A stretch of 9,463 nt of DNA from a virus (lineage: Duplodnaviria > Heunggongvirae > Uroviricota > Caudoviricetes): the IMG/VR virus record IMGVR_UViG_2681813268_000008, one strand, 5' to 3'. The notes beneath the pieces are model-generated. The model was not told the origin of the DNA, searched no databases, and saw only the letters and a program-made list of their open reading frames with translations. The position numbers were made by a program, and so were the translations under genes. Position 1 is the stretch's first letter, and each line of letters starts with the position of its first letter. Shown piece after piece: positions 1 through 9,274 of the stretch.

Positions 1-1541
1 CGCCTGCTGGTTCAGATACAGCGTAACGGTGGCTGGGTGACGGAAAAAGACATCACCATTAAGGGCAAAACCACTTCGCAGTATCTGGCCTCGGTGGTGG
101 TGGGTAACCTGCCGCCGCGCCCGTTTAATATCCGGATGCGCAGGATGACACCGGACAGCACCACAGACCAGCTGCAGAACAAAACGCTCTGGTCGTCGTA
201 CACCGAAATCATCGATGTGAAACAGTGCTACCCGAACACGGCGCTGGTCGGCGTGCAGGTGGATTCAGAGCAGTTCGGTAACCAGCAGGTGAGTCGCAAT
301 TATCATCTTCGCGGGCGCATTCTGCAGGTGCCGTCGAACTATAACCCGCAGACGCGGCAATACAGCGGTATCTGGGACGGAACGCTTAAGCCAGCATACA
401 GCAACAACATGGCCTGGTGTCTGTGGGACATGCTCACTCATCCGCGCTACGGCATGGGGAAACGTCTTGGTGCGGCAGATGTGGACAAATGGGCGCTGTA
501 TGTCATCGGCCAGTACTGCGACCAGTCAGTGACGGACGGATTTGGCGGCACGGAGCCGCGCATCACCTGTAACTCTTACCTGACCACACAGCGTAAGGCG
601 TGGGATGTTCTCAGTGATTTCTGCTCGGCGATGCGCTGTATGCCGGTATGGAACGGACAGATGCTGACGTTCGTGCAGGACCGACCGTCGGATAAGGTGT
701 GGACCTATAACCGCAGTAATGTGGTGATGCCGGACGATGGCGCGCCGTTCCGCTACAGCTTCAGCGCCCTGAAGGACCGCCATAATGCCGTTGAGGTGAA
801 CTGGATTGACCCAGATAACGGCTGGGAGACGGCGACAGAGCTTGTGGAGGATACGCAGGCCATTGTCCGTTACGGTCGTAACGTCACGAAGATGGATGCC
901 TTTGGCTGTACCAGCCGGGGGCAGGCACACCGAGCCGGGCTGTGGCTGATTAAAACGGAACTGCTGGAAACGCAGACCGTGGACTTCAGCGTGGGCGCAG
1001 AAGGGCTTCGCCATGTACCGGGTGATGTCATTGAAATCTGCGATGATGATTATGCCGGTATCAGCACCGGTGGTCGCGTACTGGCGGTGAACAGCCAGAC
1101 CCGGACGCTGACGCTCGACCGTGAAATCACGCTGCCGTCCTCCGGTACCACGCTGATAAGCCTGGTTGACGGAAGTGGCAATCCGGTCAGCGTGGAGGTC
1201 CAGTCCGTCACCGACGGCGTGAAGGTGAAAGTGAGCCGGGTTCCTGACGGCGTTGCAGAATACAGCGTGTGGGGGCTGAAGCTGCCGACGCTGCGCCAGC
1301 GTCTGTTCCGCTGCGTGAGTATCCGTGAGAACGACGACGGCACGTATGCCATCACCGCCGTGCAGCATGTGCCGGAAAAAGAGGCCATCGTGGATAACGG
1401 GGCACACTTTGACGGTGACCGGCGCGGCACGGTGAATGGTGTCACGCCGCCAGCGGTGCAGCATCTGACCGCCGAAGTCACCGCAGACAGCGGGGAATAT
1501 CAGGTGCTGGCGCGATGGGACACGCCGAAGGTGGTGAAGGG
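1..1541 (+). pseudogene. J: Tail tip / host specificity protein J, internal fragment A. The 5' end is off-window; J homology stops at 1541, and the frame-1 ORF then reads through the inverted segment to a stop at 1990-1992.
   Basis: Frame-1 translation (RLLVQIQRNGGWVTEKDITIKGK...[18 protein letters not shown]...[19 protein letters not shown]) matches the middle of lambda J as I recall it. After 1541 the + strand is the reverse complement of J sequence, so the provided ORF 37..1992 is a chimeric read-through. Confidence 0.85.
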
Positions 1542-2390
1542 ATATTCCCCGCTGTCTGCGGTGACTTCTGCGGTCAGGTGTTGCACTGCTGGCGGAGTGA
1601 CACCATTCACCGTGCCGCTCTGGTCGCCGTCAAAGTGCGCCCCGTTATCCACGATGGCTTCTTTCTCCGGCACATGCTGCACGGCAGTGATGGCATACGT
1701 ACCGTCATCGTTCTCACGGATACTCACGCAGCGGAACAGGCGCTGGCGCAGCGTCGGCAGCTTCAGCCCCCACACGCTGTATTCTGCAACGCCGTCAGGA
1801 ACCCGGCTCACTTTCACCTTCACGCCGTCGGTGACGGACTGGACCTCCACGCTGACCGGATTCCCCTGTCCGTCAACCAGGCTTATCAGCGTGGTGCCGG
1901 AGGATGGCAGCGTGATTTCACGGTCGAGCGTCAGTGTCCGCGTCTGGCTGTTCACCGCCAGCACGCGCCCGCCGATGCTGATACCCGCATAGTCATCATC
2001 ACAGATTTCAATGACATCGCCCGGTACATGGCGAAGCCCTTCAGCACCCACGCTGAAATCCACGGTCTGCGTCTCCAGCAGTTCCGTTTTAATCAGCCAC
2101 AGCCCGGCGCGGTGTGCCTGCCCCCGGCTGGTACAGCCAAAGGCATCCATCTTCGTGACGTTACGACCGTAACGGACAATGGCCTGCGTATCTTCAACAA
2201 GCTCTGTCGCCGTCTCCCAGCCGTTATTCGGGTCAATCCAGTTCACCTCAACGGCATTATGACGGTCCTTCAGGGCGCTGAAGCTGTAGCGGAACGGCGC
2301 GCCATCATCCGGCATCACCACATTACTGCGGTTATAGGCCCACACCTTATCCGACTGTCGGTCCTGCACGAACGTCAGCGTCTGCCCGTT
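1542..2390 (-). pseudogene. J: Inverted internal fragment of J (J residues ~[17 protein letters not shown]...DSGEY) on the minus strand.
   Basis: Minus-strand ORF 1500..2369 translates to [15 protein letters not shown]...LVDGQGNPV...FDGDQSGTV...DSGEY, colinear with the + strand J copies. Reverse complement of 1542-1960 equals 4531-4949 with one mismatch; reverse complement of 1962-2390 is about 97% identical to 2392-2820 (by-eye alignment). Confidence 0.8.
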
Positions 2391-3241
2391 AAACGGGCAG
2401 ACGCTGACGTTCGTGCAGGACCGACCGTCGGATAAGGTGTGGACCTATAACCGCAGTAATGTGGTGATGCCGGATGATGGCGCGCCGTTCCGCTACAGTT
2501 TCAGCGCCCTGAAAGACCGCCATAATGCCGTTGAGGTGAACTGGATTGACCCGGATAACGGCTGGGAGACGGCGACAGAGCTTGTGGAGGATACGCAGGC
2601 CATTGTCCGTTACGGTCGTAACGTCACGAAGATGGATGCCTTTGGCTGTACCAGCCGGGGGCAGGCACACCGCGCCGGGCTGTGGCTGATTAAAACGGAA
2701 CTGCTGGAGACGCAGACCGTGGATTTCAGCGTGGGTGCTGAAGGGCTTCGTCATGTACCGGGCGATGTCATTGAAATCTGCGATGATGACTATGCCGGTA
2801 TCCGCACCGGCGGGCGCGTGCTGGCGGTGAACAGCCAGACCCGGACGCTGACGCTCGACCGTGAAATCACGCTGCCGTCCTCCGGTACCACGCTGATAAG
2901 CCTGGTTGACGGAAGTGGCAATCCGGTCAGCGTGGAGGTCCAGTCCGTCACCGACGGCGTGAAGGTGAAAGTGAGCCGGGTTCCTGACGGCGTTGCAGAA
3001 TACAGCGTGTGGGGGCTGAAGCTGCCGACGCTGCGCCAGCGTCTGTTCCGCTGCGTGAGTATCCGTGAGAACGACGACGGCACGTATGCCATCACCGCCG
3101 TGCAGCATGTGCCGGAAAAAGAGGCCATCGTGGATAACGGGGCACACTTTGACGGTGACCGGCGCGGCACGGTGAATGGTGTCACGCCGCCAGCGGTGCA
3201 GCATCTGACCGCCGAAGTCACCGCAGACAGCGGGGAATATC
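1542..3241. repeat. Large imperfect inverted repeat (near-palindrome): arm 1542-2390 against arm 2392-3241, with a single unpaired base at 2391. The first ~34 bp on each side of the centre are perfectly complementary.
   Basis: Sequence around the centre is 'cctgcacgaacgtcagcgtctgcccgtt a aacgggcagacgctgacgttcgtgcagg'. Arms show about 97% identity in the proximal 430 bp by eye. Confidence 0.85.
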
Positions 3242-4539
3242 AGGTGCTGGCGCGATGGGACACGCCGAAGGTGGTGAAGGGTGTGAGCTTCCTGCTTCGC
3301 CTGACCGTGGCAGCGGACGACGGCAGTGAGCGGCTGGTCAGCACAGCCAGGACGACGGAAACCACATACCGCTTCAGGCAGCTGGCGCTGGGGAATTACA
3401 GTCTGACAGTCCGGGCGGTAAATGCCCGGGGGCAGCAGGGCGATCCGGCGTCGGTATCGTTCCGGATTGCGGCACCGGCAGCGCCTGTCACTATTGAACT
3501 GATACCGGGGTATTTTCAGATAACGGCGGTCCCGAAACTGGCTGTATATGACCCGACGGTGCAGTTTGAGTTCTGGTTTTCGGAAAAGCGGATTGCGGAT
3601 ATCAGGCAGGTTGAAACCAGCGCCCGCTATCTTGGCACGGCGCTGTACTGGATAGCCGCCAGTATCAATATCAGGCCGGGCCATGATTATTATTTTTACG
3701 TTCGCAGTGTGAACACCGTTGGCAAATCGGCATTTGTGGAGGCCATCGGTCGGGCGAGCGATGATGCAGAAGGTTATCTGAATTTTTATAAAGGGTTGAT
3801 CAATAAAACGCATCTCGGCAAGGAGTTGTGGACGCAGATTGATAACGGTCAGCTTGCGCCGGACCTGACTGAAATCAGGACGTCCATTACGAATGTCAGC
3901 AATGAAATCACGCAAACCGTCAATAAAAAACTGGAAAATCAGAGTGCTGCAATCCAGCAGATACAGAAAGTTCAGGTTGATACAAATAATAACCTGAACA
4001 GCATGTGGGCTGTGAAGCTGCAACAGATGAAGGACGGACGCCTTTATATTGCGGGTATCGGTGCCGGTATTGAGAATACGCCAGCAGGAATGCAGAGTCA
4101 GGTGCTGCTGGCGGCAGACAGGATTGCGATGATTAATCCTGCGAATGGCAACACAAAGCCGATGTTTGTTGGTCAGGGCGATCAGATATTCATGAACGAC
4201 GTGTTCCTGAAATGCCTGACGGCTCCGACCATTACCAGCGGCGGTAATCCTCCGGCATTTTCCCTGACACCTGGCGGACGGCTGACGGCGAAAAATGCCG
4301 ATATCAGCGGTAACGTGAACGCGAACTCCGGGACGCTCAACAACGTCACGATTAATAAGAACTGTCGGGTTCTGGGAAAATTGTCCGCGAACCAGATTGA
4401 AGGCGATCTCGTTAAAACAGTGGGCAAACCTTTCCCACGGGACTCCCGGGCACCGGAGAGGTGGCCATCAGGGACCATTACCGTCAGGGTTTATGACGAT
4501 CAGCCGTTTGATCGGCAAATTGTTATTCACTGGCGGTGA
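2392..4539 (+). pseudogene. J: J fragment B, from NGQTLTF to ...[11 protein letters not shown], then junction-derived codons HWR and a stop at 4537-4539. Lacks the J N-terminus and the final ~100 codons.
   Basis: Frame-1 ORF 2413..4539. 2401-2824 is ~96% identical to 661-1084 and 2825-3281 is 100% identical to 1085-1541. The distal part (3282-4528) is a divergent allele of 4990-6238. The stop arises at the B/C junction. Confidence 0.8.
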
Positions 4540-6238
4540 ACAGCCAGACGCGGACACTGACGCTCGACCGTGAAATCACGCTGCCATCCTCCGGCACCAC
4601 GCTGATAAGCCTGGTTGACGGACAGGGGAATCCGGTCAGCGTGGAGGTCCAGTCCGTCACCGACGGCGTGAAGGTGAAAGTGAGCCGGGTTCCTGACGGC
4701 GTTGCAGAATACAGCGTGTGGGGGCTGAAGCTGCCGACGCTGCGCCAGCGCCTGTTCCGCTGCGTGAGTATCCGTGAGAACGATGACGGTACGTATGCCA
4801 TCACTGCCGTGCAGCATGTGCCGGAGAAAGAAGCCATCGTGGATAACGGGGCGCACTTTGACGGCGACCAGAGCGGCACGGTGAATGGTGTCACTCCGCC
4901 AGCAGTGCAACACCTGACCGCAGAAGTCACCGCAGACAGCGGGGAATACCAGGTGCTGGCGCGCTGGGATACGCCGAAGGTGGTGAAGGGCGTGAGCTTT
5001 ATGCTTCGCCTGACCGTGGCAGCGGATGACGGCAGTGAGCGGCTGGTCAGCACAGCCCGGACGACGGAAACCACATACCGCTTCAGGCAGCTGGCTCTGG
5101 GAAATTACAGTCTGACAGTCCGGGCGGTAAATGCGTGGGGGCAGCAGGGCGATCCGGCGTCGGTATCGTTCCGGATTGCCGCACCGGCAGCGCCATCGCG
5201 GATTGAGCTGACGCCGGGCTATTTTCAGATAACCGCCACGCCGCATCTTGCGGTTTATGATCCGACTGTACAGTTTGAGTTCTGGTTCTCGGAAAAGCGG
5301 ATTGCGGATATCAGGCAGGTTGAAACCAGCGCGCGTTATCTTGGTACGGCGCTGCACTGGATAGCCGCCAGTATCAATATCAAACCGGGCCATGATTATT
5401 ATTTTTACGTTCGCAGTGTGAACACCGTTGGCAAATCGGCATTCGTGGAGGCTGTCGGTCGGGCGAGCGATGATGCGGAAGGTTACCTGGATTTTTTCAA
5501 AGGAGAAATCGGGAAAGCACATCTGGCCCAGGAGCTGTGGACGCAGGTTGATAACGGTCAGCTTGCGCCTGATCTGGCTGAAATCAGGACGTCCATTACG
5601 AATGTCAGCAATGAAATCACGCAGACCGTCAATAAAAAACTGGAAAATCAGAGCGCGGCAATCCAGCAGATACAGAAAGTTCAGGTTGATACAAATAATA
5701 ACCTGAACAGCATGTGGGCCGTGAAACTGCAGCAGATGAAGGACGGACGCCTTTATATTGCGGGTATCGGAGCCGGTATTGAGAATACGCCAGCAGGTAT
5801 GCAGAGTCAGGTGCTTCTGGCTGCTGACCGGATTGCGATGATTAATCCTGCGAATGGCAACACAAAGCCGATGTTTGTTGGTCAGGGCGATCAGATATTC
5901 ATGAACGAAGTGTTCCTGAAATACCTGACGGCTCCCACCATTACCAGCGGCGGTAATCCTCCGGCATTTTCCCTGACACCGGACGGGCGGCTGACGGCGA
6001 AAAATGCCGATATCAGCGGTAACGTGAATGCGAACTCCGGGACGCTCAACAACGTCACGATTAACGAAAACTGTCGGGTTCTGGGAAAACTGTCCGCCAA
6101 CCAGATTGAAGGCGATCTCGTTAAAACAGTGGGCAAAGCTTTCCCCCGGGACTCCCGTGCACCGGAGCGGTGGCCATCAGGGACCATTACCGTCAGGGTT
6201 TATGACGATCAGCCGTTTGACCGGCAGATTGTTATTCC
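2819..6238. repeat. Tandem direct repeat of a ~1709-bp J unit (2819-4528 and 4529-6238). Copies are divergent, roughly 90-95% identical in the distal half; the junction is at 4528/4529.
   Basis: 'ctggcggtgaacagcc' occurs at 2821 and 4530; 'attgttattc' at 4519-4528 and 6228-6237. The period of 1709 is not a multiple of 3, which explains the frameshift and stop at 4537-4539. Confidence 0.8.
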
Positions 6239-6524
6239 GGCGGTGGCATTCAGCGGCGCTAAACATGAGAAAGAGCATACTGATATTTACTCCTCATGCC
6301 GTCTGATAGTGCGGAAAAACGGTGCTGAAATTTATAACCGTACCGCGCTGGATAATACGCTGATTTACAGTGGTGTTATTGATATGCCTGCCGGTCACGG
6401 TCACATGACACTGGAGTTTTCGGTGTCAGCATGGCTGGTGAATAACTGGTATCCCACAGCAAGTATCAGCGATTTGCTGGTTGTGGTGATGAAGAAAGCC
6501 ACCGCAGGCATCAGTATCAGCTGA
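4530..6524 (+). CDS. J: J C-terminal fragment C ([10 protein letters not shown]...[10 protein letters not shown]), frame 3, with the native J stop at 6522-6524. Includes the distal receptor-binding region; N-terminally truncated and out of frame with fragment B.
   Basis: ORF 4536..6524 (GTG at 4536 is an internal Val codon in native J). Colinear with fragment B at a constant offset of 1709 bp (2821 to 4530; 4522 to 6231). Ends in a J-like C-terminus followed by a terminator hairpin. Confidence 0.8.
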   Translation: MAVNSQTRTLTLDREITLPSSGTTLISLVDGQGNPVSVEVQSVTDGVKVKVSRVPDGVAEYSVWGLKLPTLRQRLFRCVSIRENDDGTYAITAVQHVPEKEAIVDNGAHFDGDQSGTVNGVTPPAVQHLTAEVTADSGEYQVLARWDTPKVVKGVSFMLRLTVAADDGSERLVSTARTTETTYRFRQLALGNYSLTVRAVNAWGQQGDPASVSFRIAAPAAPSRIELTPGYFQITATPHLAVYDPTVQFEFWFSEKRIADIRQVETSARYLGTALHWIAASINIKPGHDYYFYVRSVNTVGKSAFVEAVGRASDDAEGYLDFFKGEIGKAHLAQELWTQVDNGQLAPDLAEIRTSITNVSNEITQTVNKKLENQSAAIQQIQKVQVDTNNNLNSMWAVKLQQMKDGRLYIAGIGAGIENTPAGMQSQVLLAADRIAMINPANGNTKPMFVGQGDQIFMNEVFLKYLTAPTITSGGNPPAFSLTPDGRLTAKNADISGNVNANSGTLNNVTINENCRVLGKLSANQIEGDLVKTVGKAFPRDSRAPERWPSGTITVRVYDDQPFDRQIVIPAVAFSGAKHEKEHTDIYSSCRLIVRKNGAEIYNRTALDNTLIYSGVIDMPAGHGHMTLEFSVSAWLVNNWYPTASISDLLVVVMKKATAGISIS

Positions 6525-6542
6525 ATTTTATAACCCATATAC

Positions 6543-6570
6543 GGGCGCCAGAAATGGCGCCTTTTTTATT
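6543..6570 (+). terminator. Rho-independent terminator-like hairpin immediately downstream of the J stop.
   Basis: GC stem 'ggcgcc' (6544-6549), loop 'agaaat', stem 'ggcgcc' (6556-6561), followed by 'ttttttatt'. Confidence 0.6.
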
Positions 6571-6591
6571 GCAGAAAAGCGAGAGGTAATT

Positions 6592-7191
6592 ATGCGTAAA
6601 GTTTGTGCAGCCATTTTGTCCGCAGCCATCTGTCTGTCCGTATCCGGTGCGCCTGCATGGGCGTCTGAACATCAGTCCACACTGAGCGCGGGGTATCTTC
6701 ATGCCCGTACGAACGCTCCCGGCAGCGATAATCTGAACGGGATTAACGTGAAATACCGTTATGAGTTTACGGACGCGCTGGGGCTGATTACGTCCTTCAG
6801 TTATGCCAATGCTGAGGATGAGCAAAAAACGCACTACAGCGATACCCGCTGGCATGAAGATTCCGTGCGTAACCGCTGGTTCAGCGTGATGGCGGGGCCG
6901 TCTGTACGCGTGAATGAATGGTTCAGCGCGTATGCGATGGTGGGTGTGGCTTACAGCCGTGTGTCGACTTTCTCCGGGGATTATCTCCGCGTAACTGACA
7001 ACAAGGGGAAAACGCACGATGTGCTGACCGGAAGTGATGACGGTCGCCACAGCAACACGTCTCTGGCGTGGGGGGCTGGCGTGCAGTTTAACCCGACCGA
7101 ATCCGTGACCATTGACCTTGCTTATGAAGGTTCCGGTAGTGGCGACTGGCGAACGGATGCATTTATTGTTGGTATCGGATACCGTTTCTGA
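6592..7191 (+). CDS. lom: Lom-family outer membrane protein (Ail/Lom/PagC/OmpX beta-barrel family), a prophage-encoded moron.
   Basis: 199-aa ORF with an N-terminal signal-peptide-like segment (MRKVCAAILSAAICLSVSGAPAWA), a conserved C-terminus (...AYEGSGSGDWRTDAFIVGIGYRF) matching lambda Lom as I recall it, position between J and stf as in lambda, and an RBS-like 'gagagg' 7 nt upstream of the ATG. Confidence 0.88.
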   Translation: MRKVCAAILSAAICLSVSGAPAWASEHQSTLSAGYLHARTNAPGSDNLNGINVKYRYEFTDALGLITSFSYANAEDEQKTHYSDTRWHEDSVRNRWFSVMAGPSVRVNEWFSAYAMVGVAYSRVSTFSGDYLRVTDNKGKTHDVLTGSDDGRHSNTSLAWGAGVQFNPTESVTIDLAYEGSGSGDWRTDAFIVGIGYRF

Positions 7192-7295
7192 CAACAGACG
7201 CCGATTTATCTTCTGTAAATATTGTTATGATACGCAGGTTCATCCACCTTATGGGGTGAACTGCGTTTGAGGAAACGTAAAGTTACACTGTCCTG

Positions 7296-7329
7296 AAGCC
7301 CGTGGCGTCACTGCTGCGGGCTTTTTTTA
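7296..7329 (+). terminator. Rho-independent terminator-like hairpin between lom and stf.
   Basis: Stem 'aagcccg' (7296-7302) pairs with 'cgggctt' (7317-7323), followed by a T7 run (7322-7328). Confidence 0.55.
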
Positions 7330-7342
7330 TTGGTGGAAAAGT

Positions 7343-9274
7343 ATGACAGTAAAAATTTCTGGCGTGCTTAAAGATGGCACAGGAAAACCAGTACAGAACT
7401 GCACCATTGTGCTGAAGGCCAGACGAACCAGCAGCACGGTGGTGGTGAACACGGTGGCCTCTGAAAATCCGGATGAAGCCGGACGTTACAGCATGGATGT
7501 TGAGCATGGCCAGTACAGCGTCACCCTGCTGGTTGAAGGTTTTCCGCCTTCACATGCCGGGATCATTACCGTCTATGAAGGTTCCAGACCCGGTACGCTG
7601 AATGATTTTCTCGGTGCCATGACGGAGGATGATGTCCGACCGGAGGCACTGCGCCGCTTTGAGCAGATGGTGGAAGAGGTGTCACGTAACGCCTCCGCGG
7701 TTGCACAGAACACGGCAGCCGCGAAGAAGTCAGCCAGCGATGCCAGCATATCTGCCAGTGAGGCGGCAACCCATGCGACTGATGCTGCAGGCTCAGCACG
7801 TGCAGCCAGCACATCAGCCGGGCAGGCCGCGACGTCGGCTCAGTCAGCGTCTTCCAGCGCAGGAACGGCATCAACAAAGGCTACTGAAGCATCAAAAAGT
7901 GCTGCCGCTGCAGAGTCCTCAAAAAGAGCGGTGGCTACCAGTGCCGGTGCGGCGAAAACGTCAGAAACGAATGCGGCTGCGTCACAACAATCAGCAGCCA
8001 CTTCTGCATCCACCGCGACCACGAAAGCGTCAGAAGCAGCCACTTCAGCACGGGATGCGGCGGCCTCAAAAGAGGCAGCGAAGACATCCGAAACGAATGC
8101 GAAAGCCTCGGAAACCAGCGCAGAATCCTCAAAAACGGCTGCCGCATCGTCCGCCAGTTCGGCGGCGTCATCGGCATCATCTGCGTCTGCTTCAAAAGAT
8201 GAGGCGACCAGACAGGCGTCAGCAGCAAAGGGCAGCGCCACGACGGCATCCACGAAGGCGACAGAGGCAGCTGGCAGTGCGACGGCGGCAGCTCAGAGCA
8301 AAAGTACGGCGGAATCCGCGGCAACGCGCGCCGAGACAGCGGCAAAACGGGCAGAGGATATTGCATCCGCCGTGGCGCTTGAGGATGCGAGCACGACGAA
8401 AAAGGGGATAGTACAGCTCAGCAGTGCGACCAACAGTACGTCTGAAACGCTGGCGGCAACGCCAAAGGCAGTAAAATCAGCCTATGACAATGCAGAGAAA
8501 CGTCTGCAGAAAGACCAGAACGGCGCTGATATACCCGATAAGGGACGCTTCCTGAACAACATTAACGCGGTCAGTAAAACAGACTTTGCTGATAAGCGTG
8601 GTATGCGTTATGTGCGGGTTAACGCTCCTGCAGGTGCAACATCTGGAAAATATTACCCTGTTGTTGTTATGCGTTCTGCTGGCTCAGTAAGCGAACTGGC
8701 ATCAAGGGTCATTATCACCACGGCAACGCGAACCGCAGGCGATCCGATGAATAACTGCGAGTTTAACGGATTTGTTATGCCTGGTGGCTGGACTGACAGG
8801 GGGCGTTATGCTTATGGAATGTTCTGGCAATATCAAAACAATGAACGAGCCATCCACTCAATAATGATGAGTAATAAGGGCGATGATTTGCGCTCTGTGT
8901 TCTATGTTGATGGCGCTGCTTTCCCTGTTTTTGCGTTTATCGAAGATGGCCTGTCAATATCCGCACCTGGTGCTGATCTCGTTGTTAATGATACGACCTA
9001 TAAGTTTGGGGCAACAAATCCAGCGACTGAATGTATCGCGGCGGACGTTATCCTTGATTTTAAGAGTGGGCGTGGTTTTTATGAGTCTCATTCGTTAATC
9101 GTTAACGATAATTTGTCGTGCAAAAAACTTTTTGCCACAGACGAAATTGTAGCGCGTGGTGGTAATCAGATTCGAATGATAGGTGGGGAGTATGGTGCAT
9201 TATGGCGTAATGATGGCGCTAAAACTTACCTGCTGCTTACCAATCAAGGTGATGTTTATGAAGTGGCACACTGA
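7343..9274 (+). CDS. stf: Side tail fiber protein Stf, with a lambda-Stf-like N-terminus and Ala/Ser-rich repeat shaft. The C-terminus appears truncated by an IS insertion; the last codons and stop come from the IS end.
   Basis: 643-aa ORF. The N-terminus (MTVKISGVLKDGTGKPVQNCTIVLKARR...GFPPSHAGIITVYE...) and the low-complexity A/S/T-rich region match lambda Stf (orf-401) from memory. The ORF ends ...LLLTNQGDVYEVAH*, where 'tgaagtggcacactga' (9259-9274) is the start of the IS terminal repeat. Confidence 0.82.
   Translation: MTVKISGVLKDGTGKPVQNCTIVLKARRTSSTVVVNTVASENPDEAGRYSMDVEHGQYSVTLLVEGFPPSHAGIITVYEGSRPGTLNDFLGAMTEDDVRPEALRRFEQMVEEVSRNASAVAQNTAAAKKSASDASISASEAATHATDAAGSARAASTSAGQAATSAQSASSSAGTASTKATEASKSAAAAESSKRAVATSAGAAKTSETNAAASQQSAATSASTATTKASEAATSARDAAASKEAAKTSETNAKASETSAESSKTAAASSASSAASSASSASASKDEATRQASAAKGSATTASTKATEAAGSATAAAQSKSTAESAATRAETAAKRAEDIASAVALEDASTTKKGIVQLSSATNSTSETLAATPKAVKSAYDNAEKRLQKDQNGADIPDKGRFLNNINAVSKTDFADKRGMRYVRVNAPAGATSGKYYPVVVMRSAGSVSELASRVIITTATRTAGDPMNNCEFNGFVMPGGWTDRGRYAYGMFWQYQNNERAIHSIMMSNKGDDLRSVFYVDGAAFPVFAFIEDGLSISAPGADLVVNDTTYKFGATNPATECIAADVILDFKSGRGFYESHSLIVNDNLSCKKLFATDEIVARGGNQIRMIGGEYGALWRNDGAKTYLLLTNQGDVYEVAH

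Noticed and set aside
1542-2390. Invertible DNA switch (Gin/Cin/Min-type host-range inversion or shufflon)
   Set aside because: No site-specific recombinase gene or short crossover sites are visible. The inverted segment is an internal J fragment whose inversion produces no alternative in-frame fusion; it only breaks the ORF. Foldback rearrangement or mis-assembly is more parsimonious.
526-5522. Long minus-strand ORFs inside J (526..1464, 1050..1481, 2389..4023, 2790..3221, 4523..5074, 4527..5522)
   Set aside because: These are antisense or alternative-frame ORFs within GC-rich J coding sequence, or mirror images created by the inverted repeat. They have low-complexity R/H/P-rich translations and recur only because J itself is repeated.
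661-6238. Diversity-generating retroelement (template and variable repeat pair) acting on the tail protein
   Set aside because: Differences between the J copies are ordinary transitions and transversions at all four bases, not adenine-specific. The repeats are kilobase-scale gene segments, and no reverse transcriptase gene is present in the window.
4182-6306. Small ORFs within J (4182..4478 -, 5891..6187 -, 5428..5706 +, 6028..6306 +)
   Set aside because: These are alternative-frame ORFs inside J. The two 98-aa minus ORFs are conserved only because they lie in the duplicated J unit.
6517-7194. 225-aa minus-strand ORF antisense to lom
   Set aside because: It fully overlaps the well-supported lom gene on the opposite strand, with no RBS and no recognisable protein features.
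7573-8411. ORFs overlapping stf (7629..8411 +, 7573..7812 -, 7566..7877 -, 7840..8253 -, 7935..8366 -)
   Set aside because: They are alternative-frame read-throughs of the Ala/Ser-rich GC-biased repeat region of stf, with R/P/Q-rich or A/D-rich nonsense translations.
8883-9098. 71-aa ORF in an alternative + frame inside stf
   Set aside because: Embedded in the stf coding region with no independent support.
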